Assembly (NCBI RefSeq): GCF_008000775.2
Contig: NZ_CP042905.2
Span: 150,001-182,000, forward strand
Direction of reading: 5' to 3'
DNA: 32,000 bases
Source of the DNA: Promethearchaeum syntrophicum
GTDB taxonomy: Archaea > Asgardarchaeota > Lokiarchaeia > Sigyniarchaeales > Promethearchaeaceae
Part shown: piece after piece, positions 1 through 9,230 of the stretch
Numbering within the stretch: position 1 is the stretch's first letter
How the letters are laid out: the number at the start of each line of letters is the position of its first letter
Notes under the pieces: generated by a model
What the model was told of the DNA's origin: nothing
The model's database searches: none
The model's input: only the letters and a program-made list of their open reading frames with translations
Made by a program: the position numbers and the translations under genes

Positions 1-1
1 G

Positions 2-973
2 TTAGTCCCTGATGCTCATATTGGAAAAGGAATGGGTAATAAATTTCTTTCTGATTTATCACCTGCAGATGTATTATTACATATTATAGATATTTCTGGA
101 AGTTTAGACGCTGAAGGGCAAGAAATTGATGAAGGATCGAGAGATCCAATAGAAGATATAAAGTTTTTAGAGAAAGAAATAAATTTTTGGTTTAGAGATA
201 TTCTTATAAGAAAAGATTGGCAGAAATTTGTACGGAAAATTGAACAAGAAAAATTAAGCTTTGTTGATGTGTTTTATGAACGAATGGCAGGGATTTCTGT
301 AAAAAAAGACCATATCTATTTAGCAATGAAGGAGTCTAATTTAGATTTTGAACATTTAACAGTTTGGAGTGATGAAGATATTTTACATTTTGCAACGAAA
401 CTTCGTGAAATTTCAAAACCAATTATTATTATAGCAAATAAAGTTGATAAACCGAAAGGTGAAGAACTTTTAAAAAAGATCTCAAAGATTTATAAAAATA
501 CTATCCCATGTAGTGCTTTAGCAGAACTTTGGCTAAGAAAATTTGCTGAAAAAGGAATGATTGAATATATGCCCGGGGACTCACATTTCAAGATTATTGA
601 TAAGAACGGGTTATCTTCCCAAGAAATAGGTGCCCTAAAGAATATTGAAGATAAAATATTAAATAAATTTGGGAGTTCTGGTATTCAAGAAATAATAAAT
701 TATGCAGTATTTAATGTTTTAAAACAAATAGTGGTCTATCCTGTATATGATCTTAATACATATTCTGATAAAGATGGAAATGTGTTACCAGATGCGCATC
801 TTATTGAGAGTGGTACTAAATTAAAAGATTTTGTTGATGAAAAAATTCATTCTGATTTAGCAAAAAACTTTATTTATGGAATAAATGGACGTACAAAAAT
901 GAGATTGGGTGAATCATATATTTTACAAAATCATGATATAGTTAGAATTGTGTCAGCTTCAAAAGGAAAATAG
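2..973 (+). CDS. Obg-family GTPase (Ygr210/YchF/DRG-like) with C-terminal TGS-like domain; 5' end lies outside the window
   Basis: The frame is open from position 2 (LVPDAHIGKGMGNKFLSDL, an Obg-family switch segment), so the ATG at 32 is internal. It has an NKVD G4 motif (IIIANKVDK) and a C-terminal beta-grasp/TGS-like tail (GESYILQNHDIVRIVS). Confidence 0.75.
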   Translation, partial: LVPDAHIGKGMGNKFLSDLSPADVLLHIIDISGSLDAEGQEIDEGSRDPIEDIKFLEKEINFWFRDILIRKDWQKFVRKIEQEKLSFVDVFYERMAGISVKKDHIYLAMKESNLDFEHLTVWSDEDILHFATKLREISKPIIIIANKVDKPKGEELLKKISKIYKNTIPCSALAELWLRKFAEKGMIEYMPGDSHFKIIDKNGLSSQEIGALKNIEDKILNKFGSSGIQEIINYAVFNVLKQIVVYPVYDLNTYSDKDGNVLPDAHLIESGTKLKDFVDEKIHSDLAKNFIYGINGRTKMRLGESYILQNHDIVRIVSASKGK

Positions 974-1239
974 AAAACCAGAGAATTTGATTTTATATCC
1001 ATTTATTCATTATCACGTGATGATAAAGCAATATAAACCAGCAAAATAGCAATTAAACCTATGCTAAATAATTGTAATATTAATTTATACTGATCCATAT
1101 CCCAATCAGATATTTTAAGTGGAAAAAACATATTAATTCTAAAAACCCTCTTAAATAATTAAAAAATTTTGGTACATATTTTCTAGTACTCATTAACCTA
1201 TTTTTTATTAGGATATTAATTATATTTTACAATTTTAAA

Positions 1240-1312
1240 TGGACCCAGGGGAATTTGAATCCCCGACCCCCTGAGTGCAAGTCAGGTGCTCTACCAACTG
1301 AGCCATGGGCCC
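1240..1312 (-). tRNA. tRNA-Ala (anticodon UGC)
   Basis: The reverse complement reads GGGCCCATGGCTCAGTTGGTAGAGCACCTGACTTGCACTCAGGGGGTCGGGGATTCAAATTCCCCTGGGTCCA. The acceptor stem is 7 bp and includes the G3:U70 alanine identity pair. The anticodon loop is CUUGCAC and the T-loop is TTCAAAT. No CCA is encoded. It lies about 120 nt downstream of the 16S 3' end on the same strand. Confidence 0.93.
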
Positions 1313-1434
1313 TCTAAATCAAAAATTATTTGTAATTAAAAAATATTACAAAATTATTTACATTTAATATTATATCAAAAAGAACTTAAAAAAGAAAAAG
1401 AAGATCTATGGGCAAATGCCCATAGAAATGTTGT

Positions 1435-2930
<1,496 letters not shown>

Positions 2931-3564
2931 ATTGTATCGAATCCTTCCATTATTATCCGCTCACTATAGAAAAAATTATTAGAATTGACAAGTTCATTAT
3001 ATATTTGATGAAACTTGCCCGTGTTCATAACTACTTCAGTCCTATTATACCATAGGACTTCATTTTGTTTCCCAAATCTTTGGAAAGGAGTATTTCATAT
3101 CAATGGCATTTGCCGTGATCGATACTCACGCCGTTTAAGAGATGAGTAATTTGAGTCGGTAAAGACTCAAAGTATAGAATGAAAAAGAAAATATAAACAT
3201 ATCGAAACTTAGAGTGGAAAAGTCAATGCGTTTTCTTCCTACTTAAATTTTGATATTTCAATTGAAAAGTAAATAAAATTATTGGAACACAATCTTATTT
3301 AAATTTTTAGAAATATATTAGCAAACTGAAGGAACTAGAAGCATAAAATTTATTAATGTTGAAATTTGAAATGATATATAGTTTCTTTAAACTAAATTTT
3401 AAGTCTAAATTTTTAATTTATAGTTAATAAGTATTCAAATTTTTAAATCCAGGAGTAAAATATCTGCAATTTTCAACCTAATTTAGAATTTTTGTTTTTT
3501 TTTAGGTGTTTAAATATAATTATAGAGATTTTAAACCAATTGATCGGGTAGGTGATTTATAATC

Positions 3565-4560
3565 ATGCTCCAAGATGAAATAAAGAGAAATCTTGAGAAA
3601 ATTAAAGCAACAAGAGGTGTTGAAAATGTAGTTTTAACACAAAGAGATGGAAATCCAATTCATTATACTGGAATTTGGTTTTCAAAAGAAGAGATTTTTA
3701 GCATATCTGCAGCTACTTCTGCTATTTATAATTGTGGGATTGAACTTCATAAGGATAATTTGAAATATATTTTAATTGAGGGCAATAAAGCAAAAATTTT
3801 ATTATTTCCACTTAAGAATTACGGAAGTACAACTCTAAATAAAATAATCCGAGCACAAGATTTACAAGGAAACGATAACGATTTTTTTGTTGCGATAACT
3901 GCTCAAAATATGATCAATCTAGGAGGTATATTTCTCAAAACTCGTAATAGTTTAATTGAAATCAAAAAATCTCTCATTCTTTCTGGAGAATCATTCAAAC
4001 CTCCTTTAAGACATTTTTCAAAAAAAAATATTGATGAAATTATTGGATCTTCAAATGTTAGAGATGATATAAAAATTAGTGAAAATGTGCAATTATATTC
4101 CCTAAATATCCCTGAAATGATATATAAAGAATTAGATAATATTTTACGGGATCTTGGGAATCAGACCCTTGATCTCGTAAAATCATATATTGCCATTGAA
4201 GGAGGGTTTATTGTTTCTAGTTATCCCAAATTAAAAATTGATCAACATAAATTGGATTCTGAAGCTACTATGGGATATTCGCTTTTTAAAACAGCAGATA
4301 AATGTGCGTGGTTATTAAAAAAAATGCGAGTAAACTCAATTTTATTAGAATGTGTTGATAAATTTCAATTTATTAATAAAGTAGATTCAAATATTTTTTC
4401 CATTGAAATTGGTAAAGGGAGACAGAAACTAGGATTACTTCGATTAATTATACCAAGATATTGTAAAAAAATCACATCCATATTGGAAGAAGCTCGAAAA
4501 TACGAGATAAAACCTGTAAATCTAAATTTAGAAAAAATGTTTACAGAGTTAATTTTTTAA
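3565..4560 (+). CDS. Tandem Roadblock/LC7 (MglB-like) domain protein, 331 aa
   Basis: There are two Roadblock-like modules. The N-terminal one reads LEKIKATRGVENVVLTQRDGNPIHYTG...ISAATSAIYNCG...LKYILIEGNKAKILLFPL. The C-terminal one reads DLVKSYIAIEGGFIVSSYP...EATMGYSLFKTADKCAWLLK...SILLECVDKFQFINKV. An SD-like AGGTGAT lies 10 nt upstream of the ATG. This is the first gene of an operon that ends in an MglA-type GTPase. Confidence 0.7.
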   Translation: MLQDEIKRNLEKIKATRGVENVVLTQRDGNPIHYTGIWFSKEEIFSISAATSAIYNCGIELHKDNLKYILIEGNKAKILLFPLKNYGSTTLNKIIRAQDLQGNDNDFFVAITAQNMINLGGIFLKTRNSLIEIKKSLILSGESFKPPLRHFSKKNIDEIIGSSNVRDDIKISENVQLYSLNIPEMIYKELDNILRDLGNQTLDLVKSYIAIEGGFIVSSYPKLKIDQHKLDSEATMGYSLFKTADKCAWLLKKMRVNSILLECVDKFQFINKVDSNIFSIEIGKGRQKLGLLRLIIPRYCKKITSILEEARKYEIKPVNLNLEKMFTELIF

Positions 4561-4576
4561 AAAAGGAGATAATTTT

Positions 4577-5476
4577 ATGAATCTTATTGAATTATTTACA
4601 AACTCAAAAAATGAAGACATAGCATTAATCCTACATTGTCTTTTAGATAGAATTCCAATAGTAATTATTAGTTCAAATGAAGAAGAGGTTGAAAATATGA
4701 TGAATGGATTAACTAATTTGATATCTTTTCGCAATATCATGATATTTTATACAGATTTTGTTAATCTTGATGACTATAACAATTTATTAGAATCAGAAGA
4801 ATATGACATGGAAGTTCAAAGAAATATTTTTCTCTGTTATCCATTTGCTCTTGAAAAAGCTATTGAAATTTTTGAAGTTTTTAATTTTTGGATTATTGGC
4901 TGTACAAATACTGTTGAAAACAGGCCATGCTTAAACGCATTATTCAATAGATTAACTAAAAAAAATTCTCAATTTCTTCTAATAAATATACTTGAAGATT
5001 CCTTAGAAACTAGAATTGAAGGGATTAAAGGTGATAAAATAGATATTTCATTTGAAAAATCCTTATATCAGAATGCAATTAATCACACCGAAGTTGCAAT
5101 TGAAAAAATGAAAAGAATTATCTCTAAAAGGATTAACTCAAAAAAAATTTTGATTGAGGAATATGAAAATATCATGAATTTCTATTTTGAAGAGATGGAA
5201 TTAAAGGAAAACATTATAAAGAAAGAAATTACAGATTTTTATTTAGGTTCTAAAAGAACTTTGAATATTTTAACTCGTATAAAGAATTTAGAACATTTAG
5301 GATATTCAACAAGCATTTCTAGTAAGACTTTATTTTCAACTATTGCATATAATCAATCCTCGATCGAAAGAATTCTTAATTTTATAATGCAAGAGTGGAA
5401 TATGAATTATTATGCTTTATTGAATTCAAAAAAATCATCAAATTTTACAGATACATTTGAAAGTCTATGGGGTTAA
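4577..5476 (+). CDS. Hypothetical 299-aa protein between the MglB-like and MglA-like genes; the N-terminal segment resembles a core-DENN signature (weak)
   Basis: It is a long ORF in stop-rich AT DNA. AGGAG lies 8 nt upstream of the ATG. There is a 16-nt gap to the roadblock gene, and the 3' end overlaps the GTPase ORF. LFTNSKNEDIALILHCLLDRIPIVIISS...NLDDY resembles the DENN pattern LF..LS..NIL.L..ALLLERRII..SS...LLDY. The C-terminal half looks helical or coiled. Confidence 0.6.
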   Translation: MNLIELFTNSKNEDIALILHCLLDRIPIVIISSNEEEVENMMNGLTNLISFRNIMIFYTDFVNLDDYNNLLESEEYDMEVQRNIFLCYPFALEKAIEIFEVFNFWIIGCTNTVENRPCLNALFNRLTKKNSQFLLINILEDSLETRIEGIKGDKIDISFEKSLYQNAINHTEVAIEKMKRIISKRINSKKILIEEYENIMNFYFEEMELKENIIKKEITDFYLGSKRTLNILTRIKNLEHLGYSTSISSKTLFSTIAYNQSSIERILNFIMQEWNMNYYALLNSKKSSNFTDTFESLWG

Positions 5477-5480
5477 AAAA

Positions 5481-6053
5481 ATGATTGTAAATTATAAATC
5501 AAAATTGATTCAAATTAAAATTGTATATTACGGTTGTGCATTATCAGGGAAAACAACTAGTTTAAAAAGCTTATTTAATAAATTTGGAAAAAATAGAGAA
5601 CTTACATCCATTGAAACAACAACTGGAAGAACACTATTTTTTGATTTCGGGACATTGCAGATGGTTGGTGGGGATTGGATGGTAAAAATTTTAATGTATT
5701 CTGCAACTGGGCAGGATTTTTATTCATCTACAAGACCAGCAACATTATCTGGAACTGATGGGATTGTTTTTGTTATTGATTCCCAAAGAAAATATTTTGA
5801 CGATAATTATCAATCGTGGAAAGAACTACATTATTATTTTGAAGAAAATATTTTCAAAATTCCTATTGTTTTATCTTTAAATAAACGAGATTTGCCTGAT
5901 GTTATTGAAATTGATGATGTAATAACCAAATATGAATTAAATAAATTTAAAACTACCCAGATAATAGAAACTATTGCACTTTCAGGGGAAGGTGTGACAA
6001 AAACGTTCAAAAGTATAATGTCTTTGATATTTCCTTCAATTAATATTAGGTAG
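5481..6053 (+). CDS. mglA: MglA-family small Ras-like GTPase
   Basis: MIVNYKSKLIQIKIVYYGCALSGKTTSL...TTGRTLFFDF...YSATGQDFY...TDGIVFVIDSQ...NKRDLP is near-collinear with Myxococcus MglA ([26 protein letters not shown] / DRTLFFDF / TVPGQ / NKRDLP). The ORF is open from an ATG at 5457. I prefer 5481 because it aligns with the MglA N-terminus. Confidence 0.88.
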   Translation: MIVNYKSKLIQIKIVYYGCALSGKTTSLKSLFNKFGKNRELTSIETTTGRTLFFDFGTLQMVGGDWMVKILMYSATGQDFYSSTRPATLSGTDGIVFVIDSQRKYFDDNYQSWKELHYYFEENIFKIPIVLSLNKRDLPDVIEIDDVITKYELNKFKTTQIIETIALSGEGVTKTFKSIMSLIFPSINIR

Positions 6054-6059
6054 ATTAAA

Positions 6060-6434
6060 TTGGCACAAAATATTGAATTTTTATCAATTTTTTTTTTTGA
6101 AATTGATAGAAAAGTCATTTTAATCGCATTCATTTTTCTAATTTTGATAGTTTTAAGTTTTTTTCTTCTAATACTACCTGATTTTCTGCCAAAATTGATG
6201 ATTTTAACAATAGAAATAGGATTTATTTTTATAATTTTTCAAACTAGTAAAGATGTTTCATATAGAACAAGTTTCTTTTTAGATTTAATGCAAAATCTCC
6301 AAGGAATTACTGAAATCTCTTTAGAATATCTTGATTTAATCATAAGATTCGAAATTCAAATAAAAGCATTTAAATCATTGAGTTTCATGTTATTAGCAAT
6401 AAATTTTTTTTTTACATTGTTAGAGCTATTTTAA
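6060..6434 (+). CDS. Small hydrophobic (about 3 TM) protein, hypothetical
   Basis: The TTG start lies 6 nt after the GTPase stop, on the same strand. The protein has strongly hydrophobic segments (ILIAFIFLILIVLSFFLLIL, LMILTIEIGFIFIIF, LSFMLLAINFFFTLL). No family was recognised. Confidence 0.35.
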   Translation: MAQNIEFLSIFFFEIDRKVILIAFIFLILIVLSFFLLILPDFLPKLMILTIEIGFIFIIFQTSKDVSYRTSFFLDLMQNLQGITEISLEYLDLIIRFEIQIKAFKSLSFMLLAINFFFTLLELF

Positions 6435-6443
6435 AATATATAA

Positions 6444-6926
6444 CTATAATTTAATTTTCTGTATCAGAAATTCGCAATATTGATTCTCTTTGTTATTATT
6501 AGAGCATTTGATTTCTGATATCTTTACATTCTTCATGATATATTCTCCAAAACCATTTAAAATTCCAAGAACGTAGGTACAAATAAATTTTTTCTCTCGT
6601 TTTTCAAATTTTGAAATATTATAATATAATTTAATCGATATTTCTTCATCACTAAAAATTCCTAAAGTAAATTTTCCCCAACCGGTTAAACTTGTCATTT
6701 TTAGAAAATTATTTGAAAATCTTTTTAGATCTTTAGTTTCATATTGAGAATCACATTTTTCAGCAAGAAATCTACCGAATTTCTTTCCTAAATATTGAAA
6801 AATAGATTTTGAGCCAGTATTAAAAATTGAACCAAGAGAAGAAATAATATCCACCGGAACTAGTGAAACTTTTTCCTCACAAAAGAATAAACCATCTTCT
6901 TTATTAATAAGCTCTTTCATCTTCAT
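6444..6926 (-). CDS. V4R-domain protein (COG1719-like; Bet3/TRAPP-related fold)
   Basis: The pattern GKKFGRFLAEK...TGWGKFTL...ISIKLYYN...FICTYVLGILNGFGEYIMKNVKISEIKCSNNNKENQYCEFLIQ matches the V4R layout (G-x-G core, C-x3-G-x2-G, E-x-KC, YCEF). It overlaps the upstream gene by 4 nt (ATGA). Confidence 0.7.
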   Translation of the reverse strand: MKMKELINKEDGLFFCEEKVSLVPVDIISSLGSIFNTGSKSIFQYLGKKFGRFLAEKCDSQYETKDLKRFSNNFLKMTSLTGWGKFTLGIFSDEEISIKLYYNISKFEKREKKFICTYVLGILNGFGEYIMKNVKISEIKCSNNNKENQYCEFLIQKIKL

Positions 6927-7405
6927 TCCTCGTTTAATTGAAAAATTAATTTAAGCGTTTTCTTCTCATGATTTATATTATATTCTTCCTTTCCAAATAT
7001 TCTATTTTCTTTAAAAAAACTTAGAAAAAGTCCAAAATAAAGTTCGGCTATTGATTTCAATGAAAACAATTGAGGATAATTATCCCAAATAATTGATGAA
7101 TTAATCGAAATTTTAATTAACCTTTTTTTTTTAGTATAAAGCAATTTTCCATAACCCATTTGATATAATAAATCTAAAAGATATTTCATCTGTGAATCAA
7201 TTTTCTTCTTTTTCAATTTCGGATTTAAAGAAGTCCAAAGAGAGTCTCCAATAACATTCCCAATTTTATATAGTGATTCTTCGATATTTGTTTGTAATAA
7301 CATATGGAATTCAAATAGATCAGAAGGTCGCAAAATTACCAAGGGAAGATTTGAAGTTTTTATTTTTATATGGGATTTAATTGGATCAATTTCGATATTT
7401 TTCAT
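6923..7405 (-). CDS. Divergent V4R-like protein (cysteine-less paralogue of the downstream gene)
   Basis: It has the same length (160 aa) and the same architecture pattern (LVILRPSDLFEFHMLL...LYKIGNVIGDSL...MGYGKLLY...IKISINSS...ELYFGLFLSFF...LKLIFQL), but the conserved Cys residues are replaced. It is translationally coupled to 6444..6926. Confidence 0.5.
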   Translation of the reverse strand: MKNIEIDPIKSHIKIKTSNLPLVILRPSDLFEFHMLLQTNIEESLYKIGNVIGDSLWTSLNPKLKKKKIDSQMKYLLDLLYQMGYGKLLYTKKKRLIKISINSSIIWDNYPQLFSLKSIAELYFGLFLSFFKENRIFGKEEYNINHEKKTLKLIFQLNEE

Positions 7406-7479
7406 GAATGATATCTACATGGAAAATATTTGTATTAAAATTTTATTAGTATATTCCTAAAAAAAGCTAAAAGATAAAT

Positions 7480-7800
7480 GATCAACTCCTCAGATCTAAT
7501 TATCAAACAACTTCAATTATTTTGGGTCTCAACACCCAACAAATTGTGCATGAATTAGTGAACTTACGGTTGCTCCATCCCTGGCCTAGCCGATTTTGTC
7601 CTCTAAGTTAATTACTTTTTCTCTACAGGAAAAGCTTTAACCTAATCCATCTCAAAAAGCGAATGCTTCATAGACTAGTAAAATAATTTCTTTTATTTAA
7701 TTCATAAATTTTTAAAGTTTTTTCAGTCCATTATAGGCATGGCTCCACCCATTATAGGGTTTCAAGGAATTGCCTAAATCCCCACGATCATTTTTAGAAA
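7480..7800 (-). ncRNA. Signal recognition particle RNA (7S/SRP RNA); ends approximate
   Basis: This is a GC-richer island with no ORF. The minus strand contains GGCUAGGCCAGGGAUGGAGCAACCGUAAG, which fits the helix-8 pattern 5' loop AGG / CCA-GGGA(GNRA)-UGG / 3' loop AGCA (SRP54-binding motif). It also contains an Alu-domain-like GGGUGGAGCCAUGCCUAUAAUGGAC (compare eukaryotic GGUGGCGCGUGCCUGUAAUCCCAGC). The span of about 300 nt is typical for archaeal SRP RNA. Confidence 0.62.
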
Positions 7801-7870
7801 TTCTTGGAAGTTTTTATTCTTTATTATAAAAAAAATAAATACTAAGAAATAAATAACTCCATTTTTTTCA

Positions 7871-9034
7871 TCAAAAACTAGCTAAAAGAAAATTTTTATG
7901 CTGATTTAAAAGAATTCTAAATAATTCTAGATTATCTTTAGAAAAAAGATTAATTCTTTTCAACTTCTTTATGTTAGTATAAAGCATTAAAGCTTTAAGT
8001 TCTACTTTATTCGAAAAAATTAAGATTGTTTCATATTTTAAATAGCCTTGATTTTTAAAATAATATAATAACAAATTGAAATTATTTTCTATAATTAAAA
8101 TTCTTATTTTATAAGCATTAATTAAAATATCAGATTTTGAGTTAAGTGTAAATTCAATTAACATTTCATTTAAAATCGAAGTGATTTTCTTTAAGAGAGA
8201 ATTATTCTCTTTTTCTTCTAGAAATTTAATTTTGATATCTTGGTCAATTTTCCTGTCAAGATTAAAATTTTTTATTAGATTATAAAAATCCACTTTTTCT
8301 ATTAAAACTGAGTTTGAAAGTTGTTTTTTTTTTATGAAATTAACAAAATCTATTTTGGAAATTTCTACTAATTTTAAATGGGGAATCAGTGGTAATGAAT
8401 TATTAAAATTTAGAAAATTTATTAATTTTTCATAAGATTGGGTTATTATGATGAAAGAAATTTTAAAAAAATTCTCATTTTTATGAGAAAATAAGAAATA
8501 ACCTTTAATTTTCATGGTTTGAAAAAATAATATTAATTGCTTTATTTGATTTTCTCTAAAAAAGGAATCTCCGAATTCAAATTTAAAAATATATTTTTCA
8601 TTTGCAATTTTATCGTCGATTAAAGAGATAAATTTTTCGTTTTTATTAATTGAAATATGAACATTTTTCATTTGACTAAATTCAACAAAATAAAAAAAAG
8701 AGTTTTCCAATTCTTTATTCATTTGCAATTCATAAATTATCTTTTTTTTTATAGTTGATAAACATAACAAAATGTCATTTTCAATATTGAAAATTGTTTT
8801 TAGAGATTTATTCTTGATTTTAATAAATAAAAAGGTGTTTTCTCCGCATATATCAATCACACCGAAGATTTTTTCGTTAAATAAGGCTTTTTTTAAGGTT
8901 TTAATTAATAAATCTACTATATTGGTATCATATATGCGAATAGAATAAAATCCTAAATAATACTTGGGAAACTTATAGAATAAAAGATAATTTTTAATTT
9001 GAAAATCTAATATAGATGGTCTTTTTTGAACCAT
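7871..9034 (-). CDS. Hypothetical protein, 387 aa, no recognisable domain
   Basis: A 387-codon ORF in DNA this AT-rich is very unlikely by chance, because stop codons are AT-rich. The composition is rich in K, N, I, F and L. I recognised no motifs. Confidence 0.55.
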   Translation of the reverse strand: MVQKRPSILDFQIKNYLLFYKFPKYYLGFYSIRIYDTNIVDLLIKTLKKALFNEKIFGVIDICGENTFLFIKIKNKSLKTIFNIENDILLCLSTIKKKIIYELQMNKELENSFFYFVEFSQMKNVHISINKNEKFISLIDDKIANEKYIFKFEFGDSFFRENQIKQLILFFQTMKIKGYFLFSHKNENFFKISFIIITQSYEKLINFLNFNNSLPLIPHLKLVEISKIDFVNFIKKKQLSNSVLIEKVDFYNLIKNFNLDRKIDQDIKIKFLEEKENNSLLKKITSILNEMLIEFTLNSKSDILINAYKIRILIIENNFNLLLYYFKNQGYLKYETILIFSNKVELKALMLYTNIKKLKRINLFSKDNLELFRILLNQHKNFLLASF

Positions 9035-9230
9035 TATTTGAATTTTTCAATTTAAATTATTAAAATATCTATATTTTGAAGGGGATCTAATAAATTCTAT
9101 TTTCAGTTACCTCTCCAAGATGAAGGTTAACATGTTCAATAAAAGAGACTTAAAATATTATTGATAAGCATTTGAATTCTGAAAATTCAATTTAATATTG
9201 ATTGTATATTGAAATCTAAAGTGATTATCT

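Noticed and set aside
1003-1131. A 42-codon minus-strand ORF (MFFPLKISDWDMDQYKLILQLFSIGLIAILLVYIALSSRDNE) between tRNA-Ala and the GTPase gene. It could be a small one-TM protein.
   Set aside because: It is too short, with no SD-like sequence or conservation evidence available. Hydrophobic peptides arise easily from T-rich DNA. It is recorded only as something ribosome profiling or comparative analysis could revisit.
974-1239. I looked for a 23S rRNA start or remnant downstream of tRNA-Ala.
   Set aside because: The sequence is uniformly AT-rich with none of the GC-rich conserved LSU 5' blocks, so no 23S fragment is present.
3130-3560. TATA-like box (minus-strand TTTATAT at 3191-3197) as the 16S promoter, and other TATA-like strings upstream of the roadblock operon.
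   Set aside because: TATA-like heptamers occur everywhere in DNA this AT-rich. Without a mapped transcription start I cannot single one out.
4549-6133. Antisense ORFs 4549..4740- and 5834..6133-.
   Set aside because: They overlap well-supported plus-strand genes (the 299-aa gene and mglA), have low-complexity composition, and show no motifs.
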